The translations under genes and the position numbers were made by a program. From Tubiluchus corallicola (Eukaryota > Animalia > Priapulida), in NCBI GenBank assembly GCA_030141605.1, contig JAQGDQ010001369.1, forward strand, positions 1-17,244: DNA of 17,244 nt, given 5' to 3'. The notes under the pieces are model-generated. The model was not told the DNA's origin. It saw only the letters and a list, made by a program, of their open reading frames with translations, and did not search any database. Shown here in pieces: positions 1 to 9,950 of the stretch; position 1 is the first letter of the stretch; each line of letters opens with the position of its first letter.

Positions 1-92
1 AAAGATCAAATAACTCTCAGTTTTAAAATTTTATTAATTTTAAAGGCAGAGAATATTCTCGTATCCCATGGGATACAACGGGTATGAAAGGG
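1..92 (-). mobile_element. piggyBac-type MITE, partial (cut by window edge); mirror of 10691..11141
   Basis: GGGTATGAAAGGG terminus ending at 92 followed by TTAA (93..96); GTATCCCATGGGATAC palindrome at 61..76. Confidence 0.85.
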
Positions 93-551
93 TTAACAAA
101 GTGCAAGTCTTCTGTACCTCATACCTGGCTGAATCGTTTTCTTGCTGACCTAGAACTTTCATCAAGAGTTTATGCTGAATATTGTATATCAAGGGGGCGC
201 ATATTAATTCTAGTTCCTTTTTAGCTAGATTGCAAGATACCCCTGTGGGTGTTTTTATCATGTCGTACAAAAGATCATCGAAGGTGTTTACTTTTTATAA
301 AGCCAGCAAGAAGCCGCATGTAACAATATAGGCAGTACCTCTGTTTTAGCTAAACTGATAATTGAAGCCAACTTTAGTCCCCTATATTTAAAACAAAAAC
401 TTTATTTTTTACCACTTTTTAGCACGCTGATTGATTTTGAAAATTATCTTTTCATCATCACAAATTTGTTCATTAAATTTTGATCGTTCTTTATATGTAT
501 CTTGGAGTGCGTTTTTTTGTAAACGTTTAAGAAGTATTTGAATAGTAAAAA

Positions 552-819
552 TGTTATGAATAGTTCACACTTTGTTAGCTAAACATAATAACAGCAACTC
601 AAGACCGACACTTAAGATCCCACTCGTGATTCGAACCCACATCTTTTGCCTCAAGGTACGCCCCGTAGAGGTACCTATGAGAAACTGATTCAGTTTCTAA
701 ACTACTAACATGTGTACTAGTACCTCACCGCTCGGCTAGGAGTACTAGTTTGGGAATTGTTGAAGTAAATCTGATTTAAATAAAGAACAGTAAACCGACA
801 AGTAAAACCCGGCGTCACA
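552..819 (-). mobile_element. tRNA-like A/B-box element (SINE or solo-LTR-like); mirror of 9951..10220
   Basis: On minus strand: A-box TAGCCGAGCGG (728..738), B-box GGTTCGAATC (628..637), several hairpins, TG...CA ends. Confidence 0.5.
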
Positions 820-1014
820 CCACTTATCCCATGATTTCTCCCTCACTTCTGCTACGTGTGCATAAAAATTCAGATCACTGTTGATCGTAATACTTTATTT
901 TTGACTGTAAAGTGTGCATGTTATCTGCACATGATACAAACCCCTGCTAAGGTAAAGTGGGTTCATATTCTAGATTTGCCGAAGTTCTGTAAAGAATGAA
1001 TCCAGTTTTGTTAA

Positions 1015-1466
1015 CCCTTTCATACCCGTTGTATCCCGTGGGATACGAGAATATTTTCTGTCTTTAAAATTAATAAAATTTTAAAATTGACAGTTATTTG
1101 ATCTGTTAATAGTTATTTTGATTTAAGCCAATCACAGTAGACTAAAAATGGTGATAAAATGGCAAACTAGAAAATCTACATAGCATAAAAAACTGCGCAA
1201 GGTACAGTACTTTAGAGATTTTGTACAGATCAGCATAGCATGCATACTAAATGTCTTAAATACTTTAAAAATTATCAGCAGTTGCAAAATGAAGCACATT
1301 TTATGCTTCCGTTGAATCCCAATGTATCCCGTGGGATACAGGCTAAATTTAGCACGCGGGCACAGGTAGAAAAAAAATTATTATGTGTAAACAAGATGGA
1401 CATACTGAACAAAAGTATCAAGCCAAAAATTTATTCTTATTAAAAAATAATTTGGGACTGAAAGGG
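1015..1466 (+). mobile_element. piggyBac-type MITE, 452 bp
   Basis: TTAA at 1011..1014 and 1467..1470. 13-bp imperfect TIRs CCCTTTCATACCC / GGGACTGAAAGGG. Palindrome GTATCCCGTGGGATAC at 1031..1046 and 1324..1339. No coding capacity. TTAA TSD with CCC...GGG ends is the piggyBac signature. Confidence 0.9.
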
Positions 1467-2449
1467 TTAACTGCACACAGTTGATATTCAAACGCCAATA
1501 TTTAATACGTAATATTCTATTGCACCACCTATATAACTTGCCACATTTATTCTGTGCTTCTATTATGCATCATACATTTTTCTGTTTGCCACTAGCAAAA
1601 TGATGTCATCAGCATATTTGCTAATTTGTGAGGTTGTCGTCATTGTTACCATCAAGCATGTGTACCACATGAAACAAAAACAAATTCGGTGAAACCACTA
1701 AACCCTGTGACCTACCAATCTGGCATGAGTGAGTTTGTAATTACGCTAAGGCAAAATATTACAATTTTTCGAAAAGGACGCGATTAACTTCAGCGTTTTT
1801 CTCTGAATGCCTGTGTGTAACAATTTCCATATCAGACCATCGATCCAAACACTATTAAACGCCTTACTAAACTCACAAAATACAGCTATGCTTAGTAATT
1901 TGTTATTAATTTGCCCTTCGATATTAGAAGTGATCCTCATCAGACATCTGAGGGTACTACAGCCTTGCCTAAAGCCTTCCTGTTTATCGTTCATTAAATT
2001 TATATCATCAAATTCAGTACACAGTCTATAAAAAGATGAAATTGTGATGGGTCTATAATTGGTACGATCGCTGCAGTCTAGTTTAATCTGTTCTTTAAAA
2101 AAACACAACTTTGGCATTTTGCCAAGGCCACACGCTGCGTTCCAAATATATGTCAACTATATTTAAAAATGATTTTGCCCAGAAACCCAGCGCCATTAGG
2201 GGGTGGCACCCGTTTGTATCCAAGATTTTGTTGCTCGTTTTTGGAGTTTAATAGCCTGTGTAAGTTCTGCCATTGAACCATGTTAGCGGAACTGTGTGTG
2301 GGCATTTTTGCTGGACAAAGTTCTGCCCTCCCAGTAGCCATTGATTGTCAAATGGTCGTAGAACAGTGAAAACAACTGTTGATGTAATGTATGATTTAAC
2401 GTAAACATGTCACTTTAATGAATATTTTCTCATTCTCAATAAGTTAAAG

Positions 2450-2525
2450 TAGTGACAGGTCTGTGAAACCGGACCCTTGCCCTAACCCAGCCTCAGCCCC
2501 TCAGTTGACCCCTTTTCGCATTCTA
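2450..2525 (+). CDS. Candidate upstream exon of the homeobox gene (SDRSVKPDPCPNPASAPQLTPFRIL)
   Basis: Relatively GC-rich, Pro-rich open stretch in the homeodomain frame. Pyrimidine tract and AG before it; weak phase-0 donor GTTTGA at 2526. An in-frame ATG at 2418 is separated from it by TAA at 2445..2447. Tentative. Confidence 0.3.
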
Positions 2526-2600
2526 GTTTGAGTCAAGTGCGACATAAATTCCCAGTTTTAGGGATTTATCCATCCTTAATAGAGTAAGTTTCCGTTTCAG

Positions 2601-2735
2601 AAAAGAATCAGAACTGTGTTTACGTCTTATCAGCTGGCTCACATGGAGGATCTCTTTGAACGGGTACCTTACCCGGATATTTTCCTACGGGAAGCTCTTG
2701 CTGAAAAACTACACCTTAATGAAGCCAGAATACAG
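2601..2735 (+). CDS. PRD-class (paired-like) homeobox exon, helices 1-2 through residue 46
   Basis: Translates (Q)KRIRTVFTSYQLAHMEDLFERVPYPDIFLREALAEKLHLNEARIQ, with R5, F8, Q12, L13, F20, Y25-P26-D27, R31, L34, L40, E42. Donor CAG|GTATGT exactly after codon 46, the typical PRD intron position. Acceptor TTTCAG| at 2600 (alternative TAATAG| at 2582). Confidence 0.93.
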
Positions 2736-2743
2736 GTATGTAA

Positions 2744-4183
2744 TTAAGTAAGGTGAGTGTGTTAATGACCGTATGGTCGTACACTCACCTCGCACTACTC
2801 AAATTATTACATCATTTACTCCATCCTTATTTACATTAAGTTATCTACAGAAGCATGCATAACTATAATCACTTTTTCATTTAAGTATGGTGAGTGTGTT
2901 AATGACCGTATGGTCGTACACTCACCTCGCACTACTCAAATTATTACATCATTTACTCCATCCTTATTTACATTAAGTTATCTACAGAAGCATGCATAAC
3001 TATAATCATTTTTTCATTTAAGTAAGGTGAGTGTGTTAATGACCGTATGGTCGTACACTCACCTCACACTACTCAAATTATTACATCATTTACTTCATCC
3101 TTATTTACATTAAGTTATCTACAGAAGCATGCATAACTATAATCATTTTTTCATTTAAGTAAGGTGAGTGTGTTAATGACCGTATGGTCGTACACTCACC
3201 TCGCACTACTCAAATTATTACATCATTTACTCCATCCTTATTTACATTAAGTTATCTACAGCAGCATGCATAACTATAATCATTTTTTCATTTAAGTAAG
3301 GTGAGTGTGTTAATGACCGTATGGTCGTACACTCACCTCGCACTACTCAAATTATTACATCATTTACTTCATCCTTATTTACATTAAGTTATCTACAGAA
3401 GCATGCGTAATTATAATCATTTTTCCATTTAAGTAAGGTGAGTGTGTTAATGACCGTATGGTCGTACACTCACCTCGCACTACTCAAATTATTACATCAT
3501 TTACTTCATCCTTATTTACATTAAGTTACATTATCTACAGAAGCATGCCTAACTATAATTATTTTTTCATTTAAGTAAGGTGAGTGTGTTAATGACCGTA
3601 TGGTCGTACACTCACCTCACACTACTCAAATTATTACATCATTTACTTCATCCTTATTTACATTAAGTTATCTACAGAAGCATGCATAACTATAATCATT
3701 TTTTCATTTAAGTAAGGTGAGTGTGTTAATGACCGTATGGTCGTACACTCACCTCGCACTACTCAAATTATTACATCATTTACTTCATCCTTATTTACAT
3801 TAAGTTATCTACAGAAGCATGCATAACTATAATCATTTTTTCATTTAAGTAAGGTGAGTGTGTTAATGACCGTATGGTCGTACACTCACCTCGCACTACT
3901 CAAATTATTACATCATTTACTTCATCCTTATTTACATTAAGTTATCTACAGAAGCATGCATAACTATAATCATTTTTTCATTTAAGTAAGGTGAGTGTGT
4001 TAATGACCGTGTGGTCGTACACTCACCTCGCACTACTCAAATTATTACATCATTTACTTCATCCTTATTTACATTAAGTTATCTACAGCAGCATGCATAA
4101 CTATAATCATTTTTTCATTTAAGTAAGGTGAGTGTGTTAATGACCGTGTGGTCGTACACTCACCTCGCACTACTCAAATTATT
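2744..4183 (+). repeat. Intronic tandem satellite, 137-bp unit, 10 full units plus a partial (11 hairpins)
   Basis: (A/T)GGTGAGTGT starts at 2751, 2888, 3025, 3162, 3299, 3436, 3578, 3715, 3852, 3989, 4126. One unit is 142 bp (5-bp ACATT insertion). Each unit carries AGGTGAGTGT-GTTA-ATGACC-GTRT-GGTCGT-ACACTCACCT. Confidence 0.97.
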
Positions 4184-4828
4184 TTATTAAAAGTTTATTG
4201 ATGTGTTTGATATTGTATTTTCTGATGTGTGAAATAAAATTCATAGTTCATTGTTCTACGCAAAACAAGTGGCGTCTCATAGCTAAATTAGTGGGGTTCT
4301 CCTTCAGAAAACTACATTCAGAAACGTTACAAAACCTCCAAACAGCAAACACGGGAAGCAAGACAATACATTTTTACTTCACAGCCACAAAGCCAACATT
4401 TCCGTTGGTACCATTCAGAATTTTAGCTACGAAATACCTCTTGTTGTTGCTTATTCCTGGCTAGGAAGAATTTGAATATTTCCGGGAAACATAAAACATC
4501 ATCAATCTTCAGGTTTTGTAGAGGGTAAAGGGTCCTACTAACAATTTTCTAATTGGCCCCGCACTTCCTAGCACCTGCATAGATGATCAACATCAATAAT
4601 GCGCAACTGCCCTGCGTAGTGTTTTGTTTATGCAGAAAATAATTGACAAATGTTGGAGAAGTTCTGCTAATGTAAACACTTTAAAGGACAAGAAAAGGGG
4701 CACCTGAAGTAGGTTTCATAAAAATCGCCTTAAAATATTATACTACTTTACAGTAATTTTATGTATATATCGTACTCGCGCTGACAAGAAATTTCGTTTG
4801 TTCTCATTTTAAATCTCCCGCAAGTTCG

Positions 4829-4850
4829 ATGGCGCCATTGCATGACGTCA
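4829..4850. promoter_or_regulatory. Possible intronic cis-element: ATGGCGCCAT palindrome next to CRE TGACGTCA
   Basis: Motifs at 4829..4838 and 4843..4850. Also CCAATTGG ~4996, TGACTCA ~5014 and a second TGACGTCA at 5372..5379. Motif match only. Confidence 0.25.
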
Positions 4851-5514
4851 CTAGGCAAACATAAATCAGGGGAAGAAAATGAAATGTTAAATTATGTCCT
4901 AAAAAACTTTCCATTCAAATCTATATTACTTAGCATTTCGCTTACCTGCTGGAAACACTTATGTAACTAGAAATAATAATTTAAAATGTTCGTGCCAATT
5001 GGTAAAATGTCGCTGACTCACCATCCAGGGTGCGCCACTCACTAACCAAAAACGTACTTTTAATCTCATTGACAAGATACAGTAATTTAAAATTTTCCTT
5101 TGTTAGTAACATGTGCGCTACGAATACTGCTTTATATATATATATATATATATTCAAAACGTAGTTAACGTAATGCATGCTCTAATACACTAGCAGATTA
5201 ACCATTAGCTAAACAAGGCATATGCCTTAGGGCCCAGCCAAAAATCCAGGCCACAAGAAATGAGTAAAAAGTATTAATAAGTTCTCAGGTGACGACAAAA
5301 ATGCTTTCCTTTATTATTATGTACAGTAGTGGAATTACAGTACATTTGCTAAGTTTACATTTGTTAGTTTGTGACGTCATCAACATTTGGGCTCGTCAGC
5401 CGTTAATTAAGTTTTTAATCTATTAGTTGAGTATGAGAAACGCTTTTGCAGCATTAATTGTGTTAAAATGTATACTTTTTAACGGATTTGAAAATGGGGT
5501 TGGATATGAAAAGT

Positions 5515-5938
5515 CAACCTGTCTTCATTTTCGGACAGTTCAACTTTGGAATACCCTGCCATCAAATTTAAAACAAATCAAGTCTTTCGACGAATTCAAA
5601 TCAAAATTAAAAATACATACATTAAATCGTTTTGAAAACCCAACATACGTAAACGATAATATACATTCATCCGCAAATTTTATTTACCCACGTCCATTTT
5701 AAATTGTATATATATATCGTATATATATATAATAGTATATAGTCTATTATAATTTTTGTGTAACATTATAATGTATATTTTGTTTTAAATTTATGGCACA
5801 GTAGTTTTTAGTTTGCACTGGACGCATTTGCCTTTAACAGTTGTGTGAATTTTATTCTCATGCTGCGATGTTCTTTTATGCTTTATAGTTATTAATATCG
5901 AATTTTTATGGCAAATAAAAGAATATTATATATATATT

Positions 5939-5969
<31 letters not shown>

Positions 5970-5979
5970 ATATATATAT
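5515..5979 (+). mobile_element. 5'-truncated CR1/L2-type LINE 3' end with (TA)n tail
   Basis: FRTVQLWNTLPSNLKQIKSFDEFKSKLK matches the WN.LP...FK..LK C-terminus of CR1/L2-group ORF2. Followed by an AT-rich UTR, AATAAA ~5914 and (TA)n 5927..5979. Confidence 0.75.
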
Positions 5980-6188
5980 TATTTAAATTTGATTAATTTA
6001 ACATTCGTCTTCCTCTTTGCCGCATTTTCACAACCCTATGCAGGTTTTTTGTGTTTTTATGAAGTTTCTGACTCATTCTGCGTGTATAATTCTAAGAATT
6101 CCACGGATTTTTCACCCCCATGGTAACCCTGACTGCGAAGTATCCTATCTCATAATGCTGATCATTTAAACTACAGACGTTTTTCTAG

Positions 6189-6377
6189 GTTTGGTTCCAA
6201 AACAGAAGAGCCAGGTTGAAAAGAAGAGTTAACTCGCAGCTAAGAAACGATTTTTCTCCGGAATTTTCGTATTATCCACCCATCCCACCATGGTACGGGG
6301 GCGTAACTAGGCCAACAGCTACGAGAGTTGACCCGTTTACGTATTTTCGAGCGCCAAGTTTAACAGCACAAAAGTAA
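6189..6377 (+). CDS. Homeobox gene exon: helix 3 (residues 47-60, Q50) plus Pro/Tyr-rich tail
   Basis: Acceptor TTTTCTAG| at 6188, phase 0. Translates VWFQNRRARLKRRVNSQLRNDFSPEFSYYPPIPPWYGGVTRPTATRVDPFTYFRAPSLTAQK*. Ends either at TAA 6375..6377 or at donor AA|GTAAGT (6373|6374). Joins the 2735 donor to give a complete homeodomain. Confidence 0.92.
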   Translation, partial: VWFQNRRARLKRRVNSQLRNDFSPEFSYYPPIPPWYGGVTRPTATRVDPFTYFRAPSLTAQK

Positions 6378-6578
6378 GTTAGTGTTTACTGTATACATCT
6401 TTTCCATTATATTGTTCTGTTTGGAGGTTTTGTAACGTTTCTGAATGTAGTTTTCTGAAGGAGAACCCCACTAATTTAGCTATGAGACGCCACTTGTTTT
6501 GCGTAGAACAATGAACTATGAATTTTATTTCACACATCAGAAAATACAATATCAAACACATCAATAAACTTTTAATAA

Positions 6579-8023
6579 AATAATTTGAGTAGTGCGAGGT
6601 GAGTGTACGACCACACGGTCATTAACACACTCACCTTACTTAAATGAAAAAATGATTATAGTTATGCATGCTGCTGTAGATAACTTAATGTAAATAAGGA
6701 TGAAGTAAATGATGTAATAATTTGAGTCGTGCGAGGTGAGTGTACGACCACACGGTCATTAACACACTCACCTTACTTAAATGAAAAAATGATTATAGTT
6801 ATGCATGCTTCTGTAGATAACTTAATGTAAATAAGGATGAAGTAAATGATGTAATAATTTGAGTAGTGCGAGGTGAGTGTACGACCATACGGTCATTAAC
6901 ACACTCACCTTACTTAAATGAAAAAATGATTATAGTTATGCATGCTTCTGTAGATAACTTAATGTAAATAAGGATGAAGTAAATGATGTAATAATTTGAG
7001 TAGTGCGAGGTGAGTGTACGACCATACGGTCATTAACACACTCACCTTACTTAAATGAAAAAATGATTATAGTTATGCATGCTTCTGTAGATAATGTAAC
7101 TTAATGTAAATAAGGATGAAGTAAATGATGTAATAATTTGAGTAGTGTGAGGTGAGTGTACGACCATACGGTCATTAACACACTCACCTTACTTAAATGA
7201 AAAAATAATTATAGTTAGGCATGCTTCTGTAGATAATGTAACTTAATGTAAATAAGGATGAAGTAAATGATGTAATAATTTGAGTAGTGCGAGGTGAGTG
7301 TACGACCATACGGTCATTAACACACTCACCTTACTTAAATGGAAAAATGATTATAATTACGCATGCTTCTGTAGATAACTTAATGTAAATAAGGATGAAG
7401 TAAATGATGTAATAATTTGAGTAGTGCGAGGTGAGTGTACGACCATACGGTCATTAACACACTCACCTTACTTAAATGAAAAAATGATTATAGTTATGCA
7501 TGCTGCTGTAGATAACTTAATGTAAATAAGGATGAAGTAAATGATGTAATAATTTGAGTAGTGCGAGGTGAGTGTACGACCATACGGTCATTAACACACT
7601 CACCTTACTTAAGTGAAAAAATGATTATAGTTATGCATGCTTCTGTAGATAACTTAATGTGAATAAAGATGAAGTAAATGATGTAATAATTTGAGTAGTG
7701 CGAGGTGAGTGTACGACCATACGGTCATTAACACACTCACCTTACTTAAGTGAAAAAATGATTATAGTTATGCATGCTTCTGTAGATAACTTAATGTAAA
7801 TAAGGATGGAGTAAATGATGTAATAATTTGAGTAGTGCGAGGTGAGTGTACGACCATACGGTCATTAACACACTCACCATACTTAAATGAAAAAGTGATT
7901 ATAGTTATGCATGCTTCTGTAGATAACTTAATGTAAATAAGGATGGAGTAAATGATGTAATAATTTGAGTAGTGCGAGGTGAGTGTACGACCATACGGTC
8001 ATTAACACACTCACCTTACTTAA
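6579..8023 (-). repeat. Inverted copy of the 137-bp satellite (11 hairpins)
   Basis: Same unit and the same order of diagnostic variants as 2744..4183, reverse-complemented. Two units rather than one carry the 5-bp insertion (~7095, ~7236). Confidence 0.97.
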
Positions 8024-8031
8024 TTACATAC

Positions 8032-8166
8032 CTGTATTCTGGCTTCATTAAGGTGTAGTTTTTCAGCAAGAGCTTCCCGTAGGAAAATATCCGGGTAAGG
8101 TACCCGTTCAAAGAGATCCTCCATGTGAGCCAGCTGATAAGACGTAAACACAGTTCTGATTCTTTT
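8032..8166 (-). pseudogene. Duplicated homeobox helix-1/2 exon without a matching helix-3 exon (partial gene copy)
   Basis: Identical by eye to 2601..2735 including splice sites. I found no minus-strand WFxNRR exon in the spacer 4346..6416. Confidence 0.8.
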
Positions 8167-9300
8167 CTGAAACGGAAACTTACTCTATTAAGGATGGATA
8201 AATCCCTAAAACTGGGAATTTATGTCGCACTTGACTCAAACTAGAATGCGAAAAGGGGTCAACTGAGGGGCTGAGGCTGGGTTAGGGCAAGGGTCCGGTT
8301 TCACAGACCTGTCACTACTTTAACTTATTGAGAATGAGAAAATATTCATTAAAGTGACATGTTTACGTTAAATCATACATTACATCAACAGTTGTTTTCA
8401 CTGTTCTACGACCATTTGACAATCAATGGCTACTGGGAGGGCAGAACTTTGTCCAGCAAAAATGCCCACACACAGTTCCGCTAACATGGTTCAATGGCAG
8501 AACTTACACAGGCTATTAAACTCCAAAAACGAGCAACAAAATCTTGGATACAAACGGGTGCCACCCCCTAATGGCGCTGGGTTTCTGGGCAAAATCATTT
8601 TTAAATATAGTTGACATATATTTGGAACGCAGCGTGTGGCCTTGGCAAAATGCCAAAGTTGTGTTTTTTTAAAGAACAGATTAAACTAGACTGCAGCGAT
8701 CGTACCAATTATAGACCCATCACAATTTCATCTTTTTATAGACTGTGTACTGAATTTGATGATATAAATTTAATGAACGATAAACAGGAAGGCTTTAGGC
8801 AAGGCTGTAGTACCCTCAGATGTCTGATGAGGATCACTTCTAATATCGAAGGGCAAATTAATAACAAATTACTAAGCATAGCTGTATTTTGTGAGTTTAG
8901 TAAGGCGTTTAATAGTGTTTGGATCGATGGTCTGATATGGAAATTGTTACACACAGGCATTCAGAGAAAAACGCTGAAGTTAATCGCGTCCTTTTCGAAA
9001 AATTGTAATATTTTGCCTTAGCGTAATTACAAACTCACTCATGCCAGATTGGTAGGTCACAGGGTTTAGTGGTTTCACCGAATTTGTTTTTGTTTCATGT
9101 GGTACACATGCTTGATGGTAACAATGACGACAACCTCACAAATTAGCAAATATGCTGATGACATCATTTTGCTAGTGGCAAACAGAAAAATGTATGATGC
9201 ATAATAGAAGCACAGAATAAATGTGACAAGTTATATAGGTGGTGCAATAGAATATTACGTATTAAATATTGGCGTTTGAATATCAACTGTGTGCAGTTAA

Positions 9301-9755
9301 CCCTTTCAGTCCCAAATTATTTTTTAATAAGAATAAATTTTTGGCTTGATACTTTTGTTCAGTATGTCCATCTTGTTTACACATAATAATTTTTTTTCTA
9401 CCTGTGCCCGCGTGCTAAATTTAGCCTGTATCCCACGGGATACATTGGGATTCAACGGAAGCATAAAATGTGCTTCATTTTGCAACTGCTGATAATTTTT
9501 AAAGTATTTAAGACATTTAGTATGCATGCTATGCTGATCTGCACAAAGTCGTCTCTAAAGTACTGTACCTTGCACAGTTTTTTATGCTATGTAGATTTTC
9601 TAGTTTGCCATTTTATCACCATTTTTAGTCTACTGTGATTGGCTTAAATCAAAATAACTATTAACAGATCAAATAACTGTCAATTTTAAAATTTTATAAA
9701 TTTTAAAGACAGAAAATATTCTCGTATCCCACGGGATACAACGGGTATGAAAGGG
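9301..9755 (-). mobile_element. piggyBac-type MITE, 455 bp (mirror of 1015..1466)
   Basis: TTAA 9297..9300 and 9756..9759; ends CCCTTTCAGTCCC / GGGTATGAAAGGG. Confidence 0.9.
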
Positions 9756-9950
9756 TTAACAAAACTGGATTCATTCTTTACAGAACTTCGGCAAATCTAG
9801 AATATGAACCCACTTTACCTTAGCAGGGGTTTGTATCATGTGCAGATAACATGCACACTTTACAGTCAAAAATAAAGTATTACGATCAACAGTGATCTGA
9901 ATTTTTATGCACACGTAGCAGAAGTGAGGGAGAAATCATGGGATAAGTGG

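Larger units (their letters stand above)
97..2370 (-). mobile_element. Decayed non-LTR retrotransposon ORF2 (RT and C-terminal region); mirror of ~8400..10686
   Basis: Minus-strand motifs NYRPITI, QEGFRQGCST, FCEFSKAFNSV, KYADDIILL (YADD at 1605..1616), with frameshifts and stops. Interrupted by a MITE and the A/B-box element. Ends approximate. Confidence 0.85.
1..4345. repeat. Left arm of giant inverted repeat (continues beyond left edge of window)
   Basis: Reverse complement matches 6417..10782 throughout. Anchor pairs: 1/10782, 1466/9301, 2735/8032, 4345/6417. ORF-track proteins are mirrored (e.g. 1746..2156- equals 8611..9021+). Identity stops after ...ACCTCCAAACAG at 4345. Confidence 0.97.

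Noticed and set aside
1240-1443. ORF-track proteins 1240..1443 and 9324..9527
   Set aside because: They lie inside the non-coding MITE and show no transposase motifs.
1746-2156. Functional RT, or a retron/DGR-like RT-plus-repeat system
   Set aside because: Motifs are of non-LTR retrotransposon type, frameshifted, with the first catalytic Asp apparently replaced (FCEFSKAF) and interrupted by MITEs.
2744-4183. CRISPR array (hairpin repeat at regular spacing)
   Set aside because: The ~97-nt intervals are near-identical rather than unique spacers, no cas genes are present, and the context is a eukaryotic intron.
2744-4183. Hammerhead-ribozyme satellite / retrozyme
   Set aside because: No CTGANGA...GAAA core found on either strand of the unit.
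4198-4464. ORFs 4198..4464 and 6379..6564 sharing an N-terminus
   Set aside because: The sharing only reflects the palindrome arms. TTG starts and no recognisable domain.
4510-4575. Alternative minus-strand partner exon (ATGCAG|GTG CTA GGA..., VLGSAGPIRKLLVGPFTLYKT*) for the right-arm homeobox copy
   Set aside because: Weak pyrimidine tract and no similarity to helix 3; unsupported without cDNA.
4681-4860. Kolobok-like element start (TTAAAGGACA) near TGACGTCA
   Set aside because: No convincing matching right TIR found.
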